The position numbers were made by a program, and so were the translations under genes. A stretch of 60,362 nucleotides of DNA, counting the filler, from Hausera hauseri (Eukaryota): the NCBI GenBank assembly GCA_046269625.1. It is 12 parts of 12 records of this genome, joined end to end, with 100 filler letters (N's around TTAATTAATTAA, not from the genome) between each part and the next. Parts side by side here need not be neighbours in the genome. Positions count along the whole stretch, not along the records: positions 23,058 to 28,133 come from JBJURY010343268.1; positions 28,234 to 33,594 come from JBJURY010271175.1; positions 33,695 to 37,815 come from JBJURY010748653.1; 9 more parts are not named here. One strand, written 5' to 3'. Shown here piece by piece: positions 26,036-37,915 of this stretch (the first letter of the stretch is position 1; each line of letters begins with the position of its first letter). The notes under the pieces were generated by a model. That model worked only from the letters and a program-made list of their open reading frames with translations. It was not told the DNA's origin and searched no databases.

Positions 26036-27088
26036 CGCAGCATTTACTTGGTACTTTCTAGTAACAGATCATTATCACATGACGACAATGACAATACCGC
26101 TAAACAGTTTACCATGCACTTTGACCAACAGGTCGATTTATGCCACGGAGCCTAGGAAGTGGCTTTGACGAAATTCACATATACATTTTCACCAATGACA
26201 ATACGTTAGAACAGTGGTATTTACTTTACCCGACAAGAAACGTACCCTATTTCAAGTCGTTTGCGGACAATCAGATACAATAACGGATATACTCTCCGCA
26301 ATTATTCGCGACATTTCTCGACTTATGCTTATTTTTCAAACTACCGTATGAAACTAATGCATCAAAATCCCATTGAAATGCAGTTTAATTCTATAGCTGA
26401 TACTCAGGCATGGAGTTTTCAATCAGTCAATGTACACTCAAAACGTCTACGGCTAGGTGGCCATGTTATTGGTGAAAAATTGGACCTTTCATCCAATTCG
26501 GAATCTGATATAGTTAAGTGGACTAAGTCAGAATCAGTATTCCGCTCATATATTATACCACATGATTTATTAATGGAAACGGAACTGGAATTGAGTACGT
26601 CAAGAAAATGGCTACATCAGCCGTAGACATGTAAAATATACGCAGATGGTCATATTTAGATTATACTACATTACAATGTTACATATTTTGCCTTTGATGA
26701 ATTATTGGCTCGGAATCTGGGTTTTTCAAAACGCGAATTTTATCAAAACATTGTTGGACAATCTATTGTTGCCAAATACAAACCGCAACTCTATGGAGCA
26801 TTTCACCGAATTAACATTGTAACGGATTTAACCGAATCCGTACTCGTTGGTGGAAAACGTAAACAACTGCTGGCTTCTATAGAACTGGATTCTGACACGT
26901 ATAAATCAGCATCATCGGGTGAAACTGTTCGCGTTATTATGTTAAGACCCATGTACTTATCATTATCTCACAATATTGTGCATAGTATTTCCGTGTATAT
27001 GTTTGATGAATTTTGGGAACCCATTAAATTTCTATTTGGGTCAACGACACATTTGACGTTACATTTTCGACGTCGTCAACGTCGATAA
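26033..27088 (+). pseudogene. Polinton minor capsid (penton) protein 1
   Basis: N-terminal IYLVLSSN...NTAKQF...*EVALT; C-terminal INIVTDLTESVLVG..QLLASI...PMYLSL...HLTLHFRR. Confidence 0.8.
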
Positions 27089-27139
27089 TAAACAAACTGC
27101 GTCATCACGATCATCATCATCATCATAATCATAGAGATC

Positions 27140-27650
27140 ATGAGTATTTACATGGTGTTGCCGAGCAATAGTTGTCCGACGACTCGTCCGAGCAATTCCG
27201 CCAGTGAAAACGTTGTAGACGGGAACAATCCTTAGGATTTATCTGGATAATGGGAGGTTGCACTGACGGAATTTAACTTTCCCAATGCTCCGGTGACATT
27301 GAAAGATAGTATGAAAATAAAGTACAACGAGCCTGTTACTGAAACCAAAACACATTCTTGTCTGACACTTACTAACATAAAATAACAGTTGGAGAATCGG
27401 GCATTTGCACGACCGAAGAAAATTACGGTTTATACAGAAAGATCGGTTTTTTATTTTAGATCAAACTTACATTTCATGGCAGATTTTGATTTTACTGTTA
27501 CCTTTGAGTCCTCTAATATGGCGCAAAAATTTGGATTAAAATGTAGAGTACAAAGGTAAAGATATTACAAGTGAATATGCAGTTGCTTCAAGACTAAGTC
27601 CCATACATTACCTGACAACGGTGAAATTTACCTATACAACAGAAAGGGTG
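27140..27650 (+). pseudogene. Polinton minor capsid protein 2 (3' part deleted)
   Basis: MSIYMVLPSNSCP...NSAS...DLSG*WEVALTEFNFP. Confidence 0.75.
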
Positions 27651-27728
27651 CCTTGAGAAAAGGCCATAGAACATCATCGAGCTCATCAACTATAAACATA
27701 CGTCGTCGTCGTACGATTCTCGGTTAAT

Positions 27729-28133
27729 ATAGCATCTGCAAAATCCGACTTGTGTATATTTGACAAAGCGGCACCACAAGTCGTTTTTAGCAGTGAGGCA
27801 TTTGAAGAAATTTACCCCGTTAATTCGGTTTCAACGAACGATAACATTGACATTCAATTCAACATTATTGCATCGGACAATGAATACTTGGATTTGAACG
27901 ATACGCTACTTTATGTAAAAGTCATTGTTAAAAAGGATGCAGCAACGGTTCTCGCTGCAACAGACACTGTCATACCGGCCAATTACTTTTTCCTCACATT
28001 GTTCCAGGAAGCTTCACTGACTCTAAACAGTGTGAAAATCGAAGGCAACACCAGTCTGTACAGTATCAAGGCACTCATTGAAACGGCTCTGAATTACAGC
28101 GCTGACACGAAAACGACTCATTTGACGAAAACC
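27729..28133 (+). CDS. Polinton major capsid protein, N-terminal part (start codon mutated to ATA)
   Basis: AKSDLCIF..AAPQV...EEIYPVNS...IQFNI.ASDNEYLDLNDTLLYVK...PANYFFLTLF. Confidence 0.88.
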
Positions 28134-28233
28134 NNNNNNNNNNNNNNNNNNNNNNNNNNNNNNNNNNNNNNNNNNNNTTAATTAATTAANNNNNNNNNNN
28201 NNNNNNNNNNNNNNNNNNNNNNNNNNNNNNNNN

Positions 28234-29480
28234 AGTGCAGTATTGCTCGAATTGATCAGAACAAAGTGCTAATAGATAATGCACATCAGTACACATCGAT
28301 TATTACACAGTGCAGGTGTGCTGCACACGTGCAAGTGTGCAAGAATCAATATAGGATATCCGATAATTTTAACATTAAATATTAGCATTCGGCACCGTGT
28401 GAAATCGAAAGCACATATGATGCACTATGCGAATGTGCAGTTTGAATTTAAGATATTGATTGATTTTCGAAAAATTGCCAACTGAGGGAGAACCCGCATA
28501 GGCCTTTACGCTATAAAATAAAAATCAATAATATCGAACCGGGGCAAGTACTGGTAGGTAGCACACACGGTGCACTAGGTGAAATGCTTTAGGTGAAGGT
28601 GCCCTTGGATACGGTTACCAAGGCACTTTTTCACTTTTCACATATTTGTCACTGTGCAGCGTTGGATTGATGGAATTGATTGGGGTCAAGTGCAGGTAGA
28701 TAGAGCACATCGAGGCGCATCTTGGTATGTACTGTGCAGTGCAAAAACAAATGTGCAAGCATGCAAAAATAAATAATGTCGGATTTCCGATATTTCCAAT
28801 ATTGATGATCAGGACATGTGTCCGGGTGCATTCGAAAACAAACATTATGCAGTATATGAATGTGCAGATTGAATTTAAATTTATCGATTAGTTTTCGAAT
28901 GAAATCGATCCAAAGTGCAATTGGGGCAGACATCCCTTAGGTTTTTAGGCCCTAAGGAGTCAAAATTCGATATTATAATTAACGGGGACAGATAGGAAGT
29001 CGAATAGGCGATATCGAATCTCAAGTCATATCTTTGAAATTCAAAAATTTTTTGGCTCGAATATCAAAGTTCGAACTATTCGAAAAATCTAACAGCGGCA
29101 ATCGATTCCTCATATATGAAAACCTCCTTATACATAAAAATTATTCCATGAAAATGTACTCTATAGATACAAAGTAAATATGTCGTATTAAGAAAATGTG
29201 CACTTGAAGCCCAGTTAAGCGGAAATCAATAAATCTAATAGAGCGGCTGGATAGGAATTCATGTATGTTGAACTGGAATATGGCATCAGATATTCGAATT
29301 CAAGATTACAAGTTGAATACTTAGCTGTTCGAACTAGAATATTTTGTGAAGCATGCATTGTTCGAAGAATCGAATGACGTCATTCGAATCCCCCATGGTC
29401 GATACCCTTAAATTTCGTTCCACCGATCATTTAATTTAATTGATGCATTAAATCAAAACTGCATTAAAACCGATCAATAA
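28234..29480. repeat. Non-coding interspersed repeat with an internal diverged duplication (about 28300-28530 vs 28735-28980), possibly a non-autonomous Helitron/Helentron-like element
   Basis: Duplicated gaatgtgcag(t/a)ttgaatttaa...ttttcgaa block; TCGA/GTGCA-rich; no coding signal. Confidence 0.45.
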
Positions 29481-29789
29481 CAGAGGCAGTACATGGTTAT
29501 ATGGCTATATTTTTCATTATTTTCAAAATCACTATTATTAATTGTGCTCCTCAAATAATTGGTTTACTTTTAGGTGTGCAAACTTTACAGAGAATGCTTG
29601 GCTCAAACCCATGAGCCTGAAAATTTCCACAGTATTATGAAAAGTACTTTAGCCATATTTACAACAGGCTTCAGTATTATATAAGCCCTACATGTGAGGT
29701 AGCGTGCCAAACCAATTACAGCACTTTATTTCCTTCACCAAGTCGAAAAAACAAATATTCAGTAACAATAAGCCAATAACGACTTATAA

Positions 29790-32700
29790 GCTATCATGGA
29801 CACAAATTCAATAGGGTCATCTATTATATCTGCCAAAGATGTGAGACTGTATGTGATGGAGAATACATACAGTTTTATGAAGATCACAAACATCATTTGA
29901 CTGACTTCACATCAAAGTTAAAGAAGATCATCTTTAATAAACATAAGACAGTTGCAGCAGCACAGCCTGCAGTACCACAGCCAGATGCAGAACTAAAACG
30001 CGCATCAGACCCATCATTCTCAGCAGCACCAGACGCATCAGGCGTAGCGGCTCAATCAAAAAGCCAAAGATAGCGGCCAGTTAATGATGCAGCATTAAAG
30101 AGAAAAGTCCGCAAATATGTCATTGATGCAACTGGTCAAACAACCATCAAGGAGTTCCTGGAGTACACAGAGAAATAAATAATATAGATTATCCAGGACA
30201 ACATAGCCGAGCTCAAGACCATTAAGGCTAATATGAAATTTGAGGCCACATACCTCAACGTTGAAGGCGAAGAGGCCAAAAGGGCTTTCAAGTCCAGAAA
30301 TAGGCCCATTTTTTGAAGCCACCAATATAGTAGAATAGCTGTATGAAGAGCATGCAAAGCTGATCCGTGAAGCCGATGATAGCCAGAGTAAGAAGAGACT
30401 ATGGACTCTGGAAACCATCAAGAGATTGCTTGTGCATGTGCACAGATTCTCCCCCATGCAGGGTAGTTCATATATTTAGCTCCCTGATTTTATCGCTAAT
30501 AAAAAAGCATGTGTCAGTGTCTATAATAACGACACCATGTGTTTCATGTATGCCATTCTATCAAAACTCGTACAATATCAACATAATGCTTCATGAGTTT
30601 GGCTATATACGGATGTGCAGCACAACTATGACTCCAATGTATCACATTTCCTCCATCCTTAGATGAAATCAAGAAGTTCAGTCGAATCAACATATACATC
30701 AACATCATTGGATTGGACGAGGCGGACCAATTCTATAACCTGCAGATATATGATAGAATTAATAATGGATAGAATATGATAACGAATTGGAAGATAATAG
30801 GGATTTGATCTTACTAGGCGATGGAGAAAAGAAACATTACGTATGGATAAGAAATTTTGAACGTTTAGTAAGATCCCAAATAACGAATCATCATGGAAAA
30901 ATTGAGATCTGTAAGCGATGCCTGCCTCATTTCAGCAGTGATAAGGCAGTTGACAAGCCTGCAGAGCACAAAATGTACTGCAGCAACAATTACTTGATCA
31001 GGCCGGAATTCCCCAAGGAGGACTACATTGAATTTAAGGAGTTCGAGACGAAGATCAATGTCTCACTTTTCGTCTATTGCGACTTTGAAGCTATTCTCAG
31101 ACCAGTTCAGACATGTACTCCCAGTCCGCAACATAGCAGCACAACAGCATACCAATATCATAAACTCTCATCGTATTGCATGTATGCCAAATGACTGAAC
31201 AGTGAACCATTTCTATTCGAGGTCCAAGTGCAGCAGCTCATTTTATGAAACGACTAGAAGACATGACTCATAAACTTGAAAATATGCTTCAGCAGCACAA
31301 CAATAATATAAGCATGTCGTGGAAACAAGAATGGCGCAAGGCAACATGTTACTTGTGCGACAAATCTTTTACCAAGGAAAATTGGACAGTCAAGGATCAG
31401 TGCCATTTTACAGGTGCATATCGAAGAGCAGAATGCAACAACTGCAATTTTCGCTGCAGAACATGCACATATGTGCCTGTAGTGTTCCATAATCTCAGTG
31501 GCTATGATTCCCATTTCATAGTCTGAGAATTAGGCAACAGTGATGGTAATGTAGATGTGATCCCAAACAGGGAGTAGAAATATATCACTTTTACTAAGCA
31601 TGTTGGTAAAATCCGACTTCGCTTCATAGACAGCTTTCATTTCATGTCATCTTCACTTGACAGTTTAATGAAGAACCTCCCTGCAGGAAAACTCAAGGAG
31701 ATGAAGCGATTCTTCCCCACTGCATTTGATCTAGTCAAGAGGAAAGGAGTGTTTCTCTATAACTATATAACTTCATGGGAAACACTGGATGAGACCTCAC
31801 TGCCAGCCAAGAAGTACTTTTATAATATCCTCTCTGATTGAGATATCAGTAATGCTGACTACCAGCATGCTCAGAACGTATGGGATGCATTCCAATGCCG
31901 AACACTGGGGGACTACAGCGACATATACATCAAGACGGACGTGCTGCTGTTGGCAGTTGTCTTTGAGAGTTTCAGGATGTTACAATGAAGAGCCATGCTT
32001 TGGATCCGACTCATTTCTTTACAGCTCCAGAGATGAGTTGAGCAGCAATGCTGAGATATACAGGTATTAGGTTGCACATCATTAATGGTTATGATATGAT
32101 CCTCATGATTGAGAGAAGCATTATAGGCGGAATATGCCAGGCCATTCACCGGTATAGCAAGGCCAACATGTATATGGCCCAGTATGATCCATCCAAGGAA
32201 TCCTCATATATATCATACCTGGATGCCAACAATTTGAATGGATAGGCAATGAGCGCCCCATTGCCATATGATAACTCCAAATGGGTCGAGAATCGTGAAA
32301 GCATCTCCATATTGGACCTAGATCCCAATGAAGATATAAGTTACATACTAAAGGTGGATATGGACTATCCGGCTTCTATCCACACAAGGCATCAACAGCT
32401 GCCTTTCCTCCCTAAAAGTAGGCCTCCGCCCCATGCAAAGCATAAGAAGCTGTTCTGTCATCTGGGTAATAGGGAGAGGTATATAATTCATTACATCATT
32501 CTCCAGCAGGCAGTTAGATATGGACTTCGCCTTACTAAGATCCATAGAGCCCTGCAGTTCGACCAGTCCATGTGGCTGCAGTCATACATATATATCAATA
32601 TGATGCTGCGGACTAATGCCAAGAACGACTTTGAGAAAGATCAATTCAAACTATACACTAACAGCGTTTTTGGCAAGTCCATGGAGAATGTCCGCAGCAG

Positions 32701-33354
32701 GATCAACATTGAGCTAGTATGTGCCTGGAAGAGGGCAAAGAAGCTTATTGCCAAGCTTAGCTTTCATAGCAGCACCATATATACGGAGAACTTGGTAAGC
32801 ATCCATATGCTGAAAACAACATTTGTATTCAACAAGCCTATATATGTGGGTATGGCAATCCTCGACCTGTCAAAGACCTTAATGTAAAAATTCCACTATG
32901 ACATCATGGTTCTACATTCAAGTCCATGCAACTGATGTACATGGATGCTGATAGTTTCATCTATCAGATTCATACAGATAATATTTATAAGGATTTTGCC
33001 CAATTGGCTCAACACATAGATACCTCGGAATATCCGAAGGATCATCCCAACTATTCAATTGCCAACAAGAAAGTCCTAGGGAAATTCAAAGACGATGTGA
33101 ATGGTGCAGTCAACTCGAGATTTGTTGTTCTTAGGCTCAAAGGGCTACATTGGCCAAGAAGATCAGTTTTGAGAACTGTGACAATTCTGCATGAGCAGAC
33201 TAACATCATATCAGAAATGAGAAGGATCCAATCTAGTAATCATATCATCTATACAGTAACTCTGCGTAAGAAAAGCTTAGATTGGATGGATGACAAGAGG
33301 CAGATCTTGAGCGGTGGAATCCATACACCACCTCACGGAAATGTGGCATTGTAA
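29790..33354 (+). pseudogene. Polinton-type PolB, family 2 (distinct from family 1), with endonuclease VII-like insert
   Basis: KKHYVWIRNFERL, VYCDFEAIL, CYLC...KDQCHFTGAYRRAECNNCN, VFHNLSGYDSH, KRKGVF, YLDANNL, KLYTNSVFGKSMEN, YMDADS, DDKR. Confidence 0.93.
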
Positions 33355-33694
33355 GTATTGTTATTCATTGTTAATAAATCTTGTATAGAAATATCGTGTT
33401 ATCTTCTTGATCAAGTAATGTGGGATATAAGATAAGGCCAATAAACCTAAGTAACCACTATATAGGTTAAGACCAACTAATTTCATAACAAATTTATTTA
33501 GTAACAATATAACTTTGACATAACGCTAAACACTTTTTATATGCACAGTGTGAACCATGTTCACGATAAATACATGTAATGTTCTTTGGTATAGNNNNNN
33601 NNNNNNNNNNNNNNNNNNNNNNNNNNNNNNNNNNNNNNTTAATTAATTAANNNNNNNNNNNNNNNNNNNNNNNNNNNNNNNNNNNNNNNNNNNN

Positions 33695-36600
33695 AGGACA
33701 CGTACCTGTGTCCCGTGCTTTATTCAAAACACATGCCCGTACGCCGACTTTTATGAGATGCACAAGCATCATCTCGGTCCGTTCACGCGGTACAAGATGA
33801 TGGTTGTGCATTGTAACACACTCACGTTAGTGTACCAATAAAGTGCATGATGTTGGTGGTTGCCATAGTGCAATGGAGCAATACTATGGCACCACAACAG
33901 TGCATAGTAAACGGGCCTATGTATGTCCCGGTTGTTCTATAGCTGACAATCAAATAAACTATGAGCAATTTTATAATCAGCACCATGACCACTTAAACCA
34001 GTTTAAGCAGCAAAAAGCAGCAGCAGCAGCAGCCGTATTCTCTCAACAAGTAGGAAACGTTAGGCATCAACAAGCCTTGACGAATACCTGCAAAACAGAA
34101 ATCAAAAACAGCAGGAGCAGCAGCAGCAGGAACAGGAGCATCAGGGGGAGGAACCACGCATTACTGTCATGTACGATCGGAAAAAATCGTGTGTGGATAT
34201 AGTGAACATGTCAGCGACAACAACAACAACGCAATTTAGACATGTTCCATCCATTGTGCGAAACCGGTTGGAATATGAAGTGGGCAAACTCCAACACCAC
34301 CACAACTGCAAAGTGCAGTATTATGCACTTGCAGAATTTGAAAATGTGCAAGGCGACAGGAAACAATGGAACCTGTCACATCGAGCTGTACCATATACCG
34401 AGGATTTTATCGCTGAAATTGGCCAAATGCTCGAGGAGAAAATCGCCAATTACACGGAAAATGGGTAATGGATGGCGAATTGTAAAGATTGTCACTCTCG
34501 GCTTTATCATTACAAAGTCAAGTGACATGATTTACTTGTTGGGGAGATCATTCATACCGACACCTGAAGCCCTAAAGCACTCTAAAACTGTAGCCAATGT
34601 AGAAAATAATAGCGACGAATACACTTTTCTTTACAATATTTTAGCCATATTAAAATACGACGAAGTGCCCAAAAATCGTGCAAATCGTTCAAAAAAATAT
34701 CGTCAGTATTTTTCCGAATTGGACTTTGGTGAAAGCTGGATGCCAATGAAACTCAAAACCACTCCGGCTTTCGAACGGCGTAATCCGTCACTGTCAATCA
34801 ACGTTTTCCGGTACAACTCAGTAAGGTACCGGCAGATGAGGAAATCTACAAGAATCCTCACGTGGACATAATCTATCGAAGTCGGAACCCCAATGGACGT
34901 CCTATATACCTGTTGCTATTGGAGCAGGCAGAAATATTCATTACGTGGCCGTAACAAATCTGGACAGATTTCTGAACATGGACTATGACAAGTTCATCCA
35001 AAAACAAATACGCTGCAAATGGTGCCCTCTATGTTTGTATGGCTTCAGATCAGAAGCGACATGGGAAAAACACGTGGCGCTATGCAGACGAAACATATCG
35101 GAAACAACAATGTGTGTCATGCCCGTCAAAAAGGAGCTGAGATTCAGTGACTGGTTTTGCCGATATTGAAGCAATTCTACCGCGGCACAAAGTATACGAC
35201 TAAAAGCACATTCCAATCGCCGTCGGCATGTTGCTAGTATAATTAAAGCCACGGGACCACCGCAGTATTACGTTTTCCACGGATGGAACTGTGTACGTGA
35301 TTTCCCGCACCAGTTGGAGGCAATAGTGGAAGCGGAAATCGCACCGTGGTACAGTAACAACAGCACTAAGCCTTTGATCTGGACAGACGAAGACAAACGT
35401 CTTACGTTTGCAGTCACAGATAAATGCTACCTGTGCCACAAAATATTACCATTCGATAAACAGGAACGGCTCATATCTGATCACCACCACTTTACCGGAC
35501 GATACATGGGAATAGCATGCAATTCATGCAATTTAGCACGGCGTGTGCGGCCATTCTTGCCGGTGATATTTCATGACTTGAAGGGTTATGATTGTCACCA
35601 TATTCTGAAATGGGCCATTAATGGATTTCCACACTAGGAACTGTCCATAATCCAAACAACGATGGAGAAATACCTGTCTCTGTCAGCATGCATAAACCGG
35701 TTCCAGGTGCGATTCGTCGATTCATTACAGTTCCTCAATGAGTCCCTAGCAAAGCTGGTAAATGCCTTGCTGGATATGCCGTTAACATCAACGCAGTTTC
35801 CGATGCATATTGCACGTAGCAAAGGCATATTCCCGTATAACTTTGCTGTATCGTACGAGCGGCTTCAGACAACAGAGGAATTGCCGCCACAGGGGTCCAG
35901 TATAACAGAAGATGAATATCGTAAAGCACAGGAATATTGGTCAGAGCTGCAGTATATAAAACTGGACGTGTACTTGCTGATCGACGTGTTTCAGACATTC
36001 CGGACTAAGGCCTTGGCGGAAGATAGGTTGGAGCCGCTCAACTTTTATTCCATACAGGGAATGAGTTGGATATCGGCTCTGATATCACCGGACCGGGACA
36101 TTGAGCTGTTGCAAGACCCAGAAATGTACCGACTTTTTGATGTTGGTATTCGTGGCGGCATGACATTTGTCAACTAGCACCATGTAACCAGTGATGAAAA
36201 CACCACATCACTGCTGTAAATTGCCATTAATAACCTGTACGGCTAGGCGCATTCGCAACCCTTGCCGTACGGTTCATTTGAATGGTTAACGGACAAGCAA
36301 AATCTGGAGGCAATATCGGAACACTTACCGAGAGCAGACACGCCAGAAAACAACTCATTCGGCTACCTGATGAAGTTGATCTCGTGGTACCGGATGAGTT
36401 GCATGACGCTTCGGACCAATTGCTTGTCGCACCAATCAGCCAACATCCGCTCCGCGGCTCAAAGGTGAAGAAACTCCTCATGACGCATAAACCGAAGCTG
36501 AAGTACGTGGTCCATTGGCGTCTGCTACAGTTCTACATGAAGATCGGTGTCACACAGCTGCATCGTGCAATTCCATTTGCTCAGGCTCCCATGTTCAAGG

Positions 36601-37455
36601 TGTGCATAGACGAAAATTCGGAGAAACGAGCCGCAGCATGTACAAAGTTCGAAAAGAACTACAAGTTGAAAAATAATTCTACGGCAAAACGGTAGCGACA
36701 CAATATGAGCCAAAGTAACAACGAAAAGCGGCTGGTTACGTACAACAGCAAGGCTCAGCTCAGGCGGTCATGAACATTGCCGATGGGTTGATCGCCGTGC
36801 TGTTAAACAGGGAAGTCATACTGGACCGAGAAAGCTATATCGGACAAGTGGTATTGGACCTGAGCAAATTGCGAATGTACGAGATCCATTATCGCGACTT
36901 GGCACGTTACCGGAAAATGTTCCACGTCTGTGAGATCAGTATCGTTGCCGGTGACAGACAGCTTTTTCCTTGAGCTGAAAAACGTCAATCGCGACCAACT
37001 GCTCCGACAAATGATGGCAGATGGACTACTGGACACGTCCAATTATCCGCCGAATCATCCGCTGTATAGCAGCACGATCACCAATAAAATCGGCTGCTTC
37101 AAGGATTAAAGCAAATGCCGTGATCAGTACCGAGAATGGATATTCCTGCGTCCAAATTGCTACAGTTTCCTAACGAACTGTGGACCGAAAATGCGAGCAA
37201 AAGGCATTCAGCTGCCCCAGACAGAAATAAGCCACGGTGATTATCGCCGTATCTATGAAGCAGCAGAAGACGGAGGACAAGGAGGATGAGGAGGAGGAGG
37301 ACAATCAATGGCTGTGTGTCAAACGACCATACGATCGATTGAGCACCAGGTGTATACTATAACAAACAAAAACCGCTTTGTAATGTAATGATGATAAGCG
37401 AAAGTGGGTGGAGCGAAATAAGAGTTGGGCGTATGGGCATTGGCGTTTGAAATAA
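33695..37455 (+). pseudogene. Polinton PolB, family 1, the most complete copy, including the endonuclease VII-like insert
   Basis: CYLCH...DHHHFTGRYMGIACNSCNL, IFHDLKGYD, FVDSLQFL, GIRGGM, VAGD(T)DS. Confidence 0.93.
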
Positions 37456-37747
37456 CACACATGTGATTCCTTATGTGCTCCGACAATTCGAGGCAGACAG
37501 TTACAGTCATTTGTACATTGCGGCAATGTCTTAAATCTTGTGATTTTTATTGTTGTTGTCAAATAATGTATTTTTGTTCACCGACTTTCTTTGTCCTGTT
37601 TTATATAGTTATTTAATTTTTTCATATTAAATGGTGACAAGGAAAATGTTAGTTATAATTAAATTTTAATACAGTATAAAAAAGTCTATTTAACACTACA
37701 AATTCAAATAAGTTTATTAAGCATTAATCACAAATCACAAAATCACG

Positions 37748-37815
37748 TCAAATCAAACTGAATTTTGCCAGTTTCCACATTGGGGATTTCACGAACATCA
37801 TCTCCTTGTAGCCTT
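37748..37815 (-). pseudogene. 3' end of a KSPIW-family ORF convergent with PolB
   Basis: GYKEMMFVKSPMWKLAKFSLI*; same position relative to PolB as 16957-17439. Confidence 0.45.
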
Positions 37816-37915
37816 NNNNNNNNNNNNNNNNNNNNNNNNNNNNNNNNNNNNNNNNNNNNTTAATTAATTAANNNNNNNNNNNNNNNNNNNNNNNNNNNNN
37901 NNNNNNNNNNNNNNN

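Noticed and set aside
34013-34140. CAG-rich tract as a regulatory repeat
   Set aside because: It is a low-complexity Q/A coding linker in the PolB N-terminus
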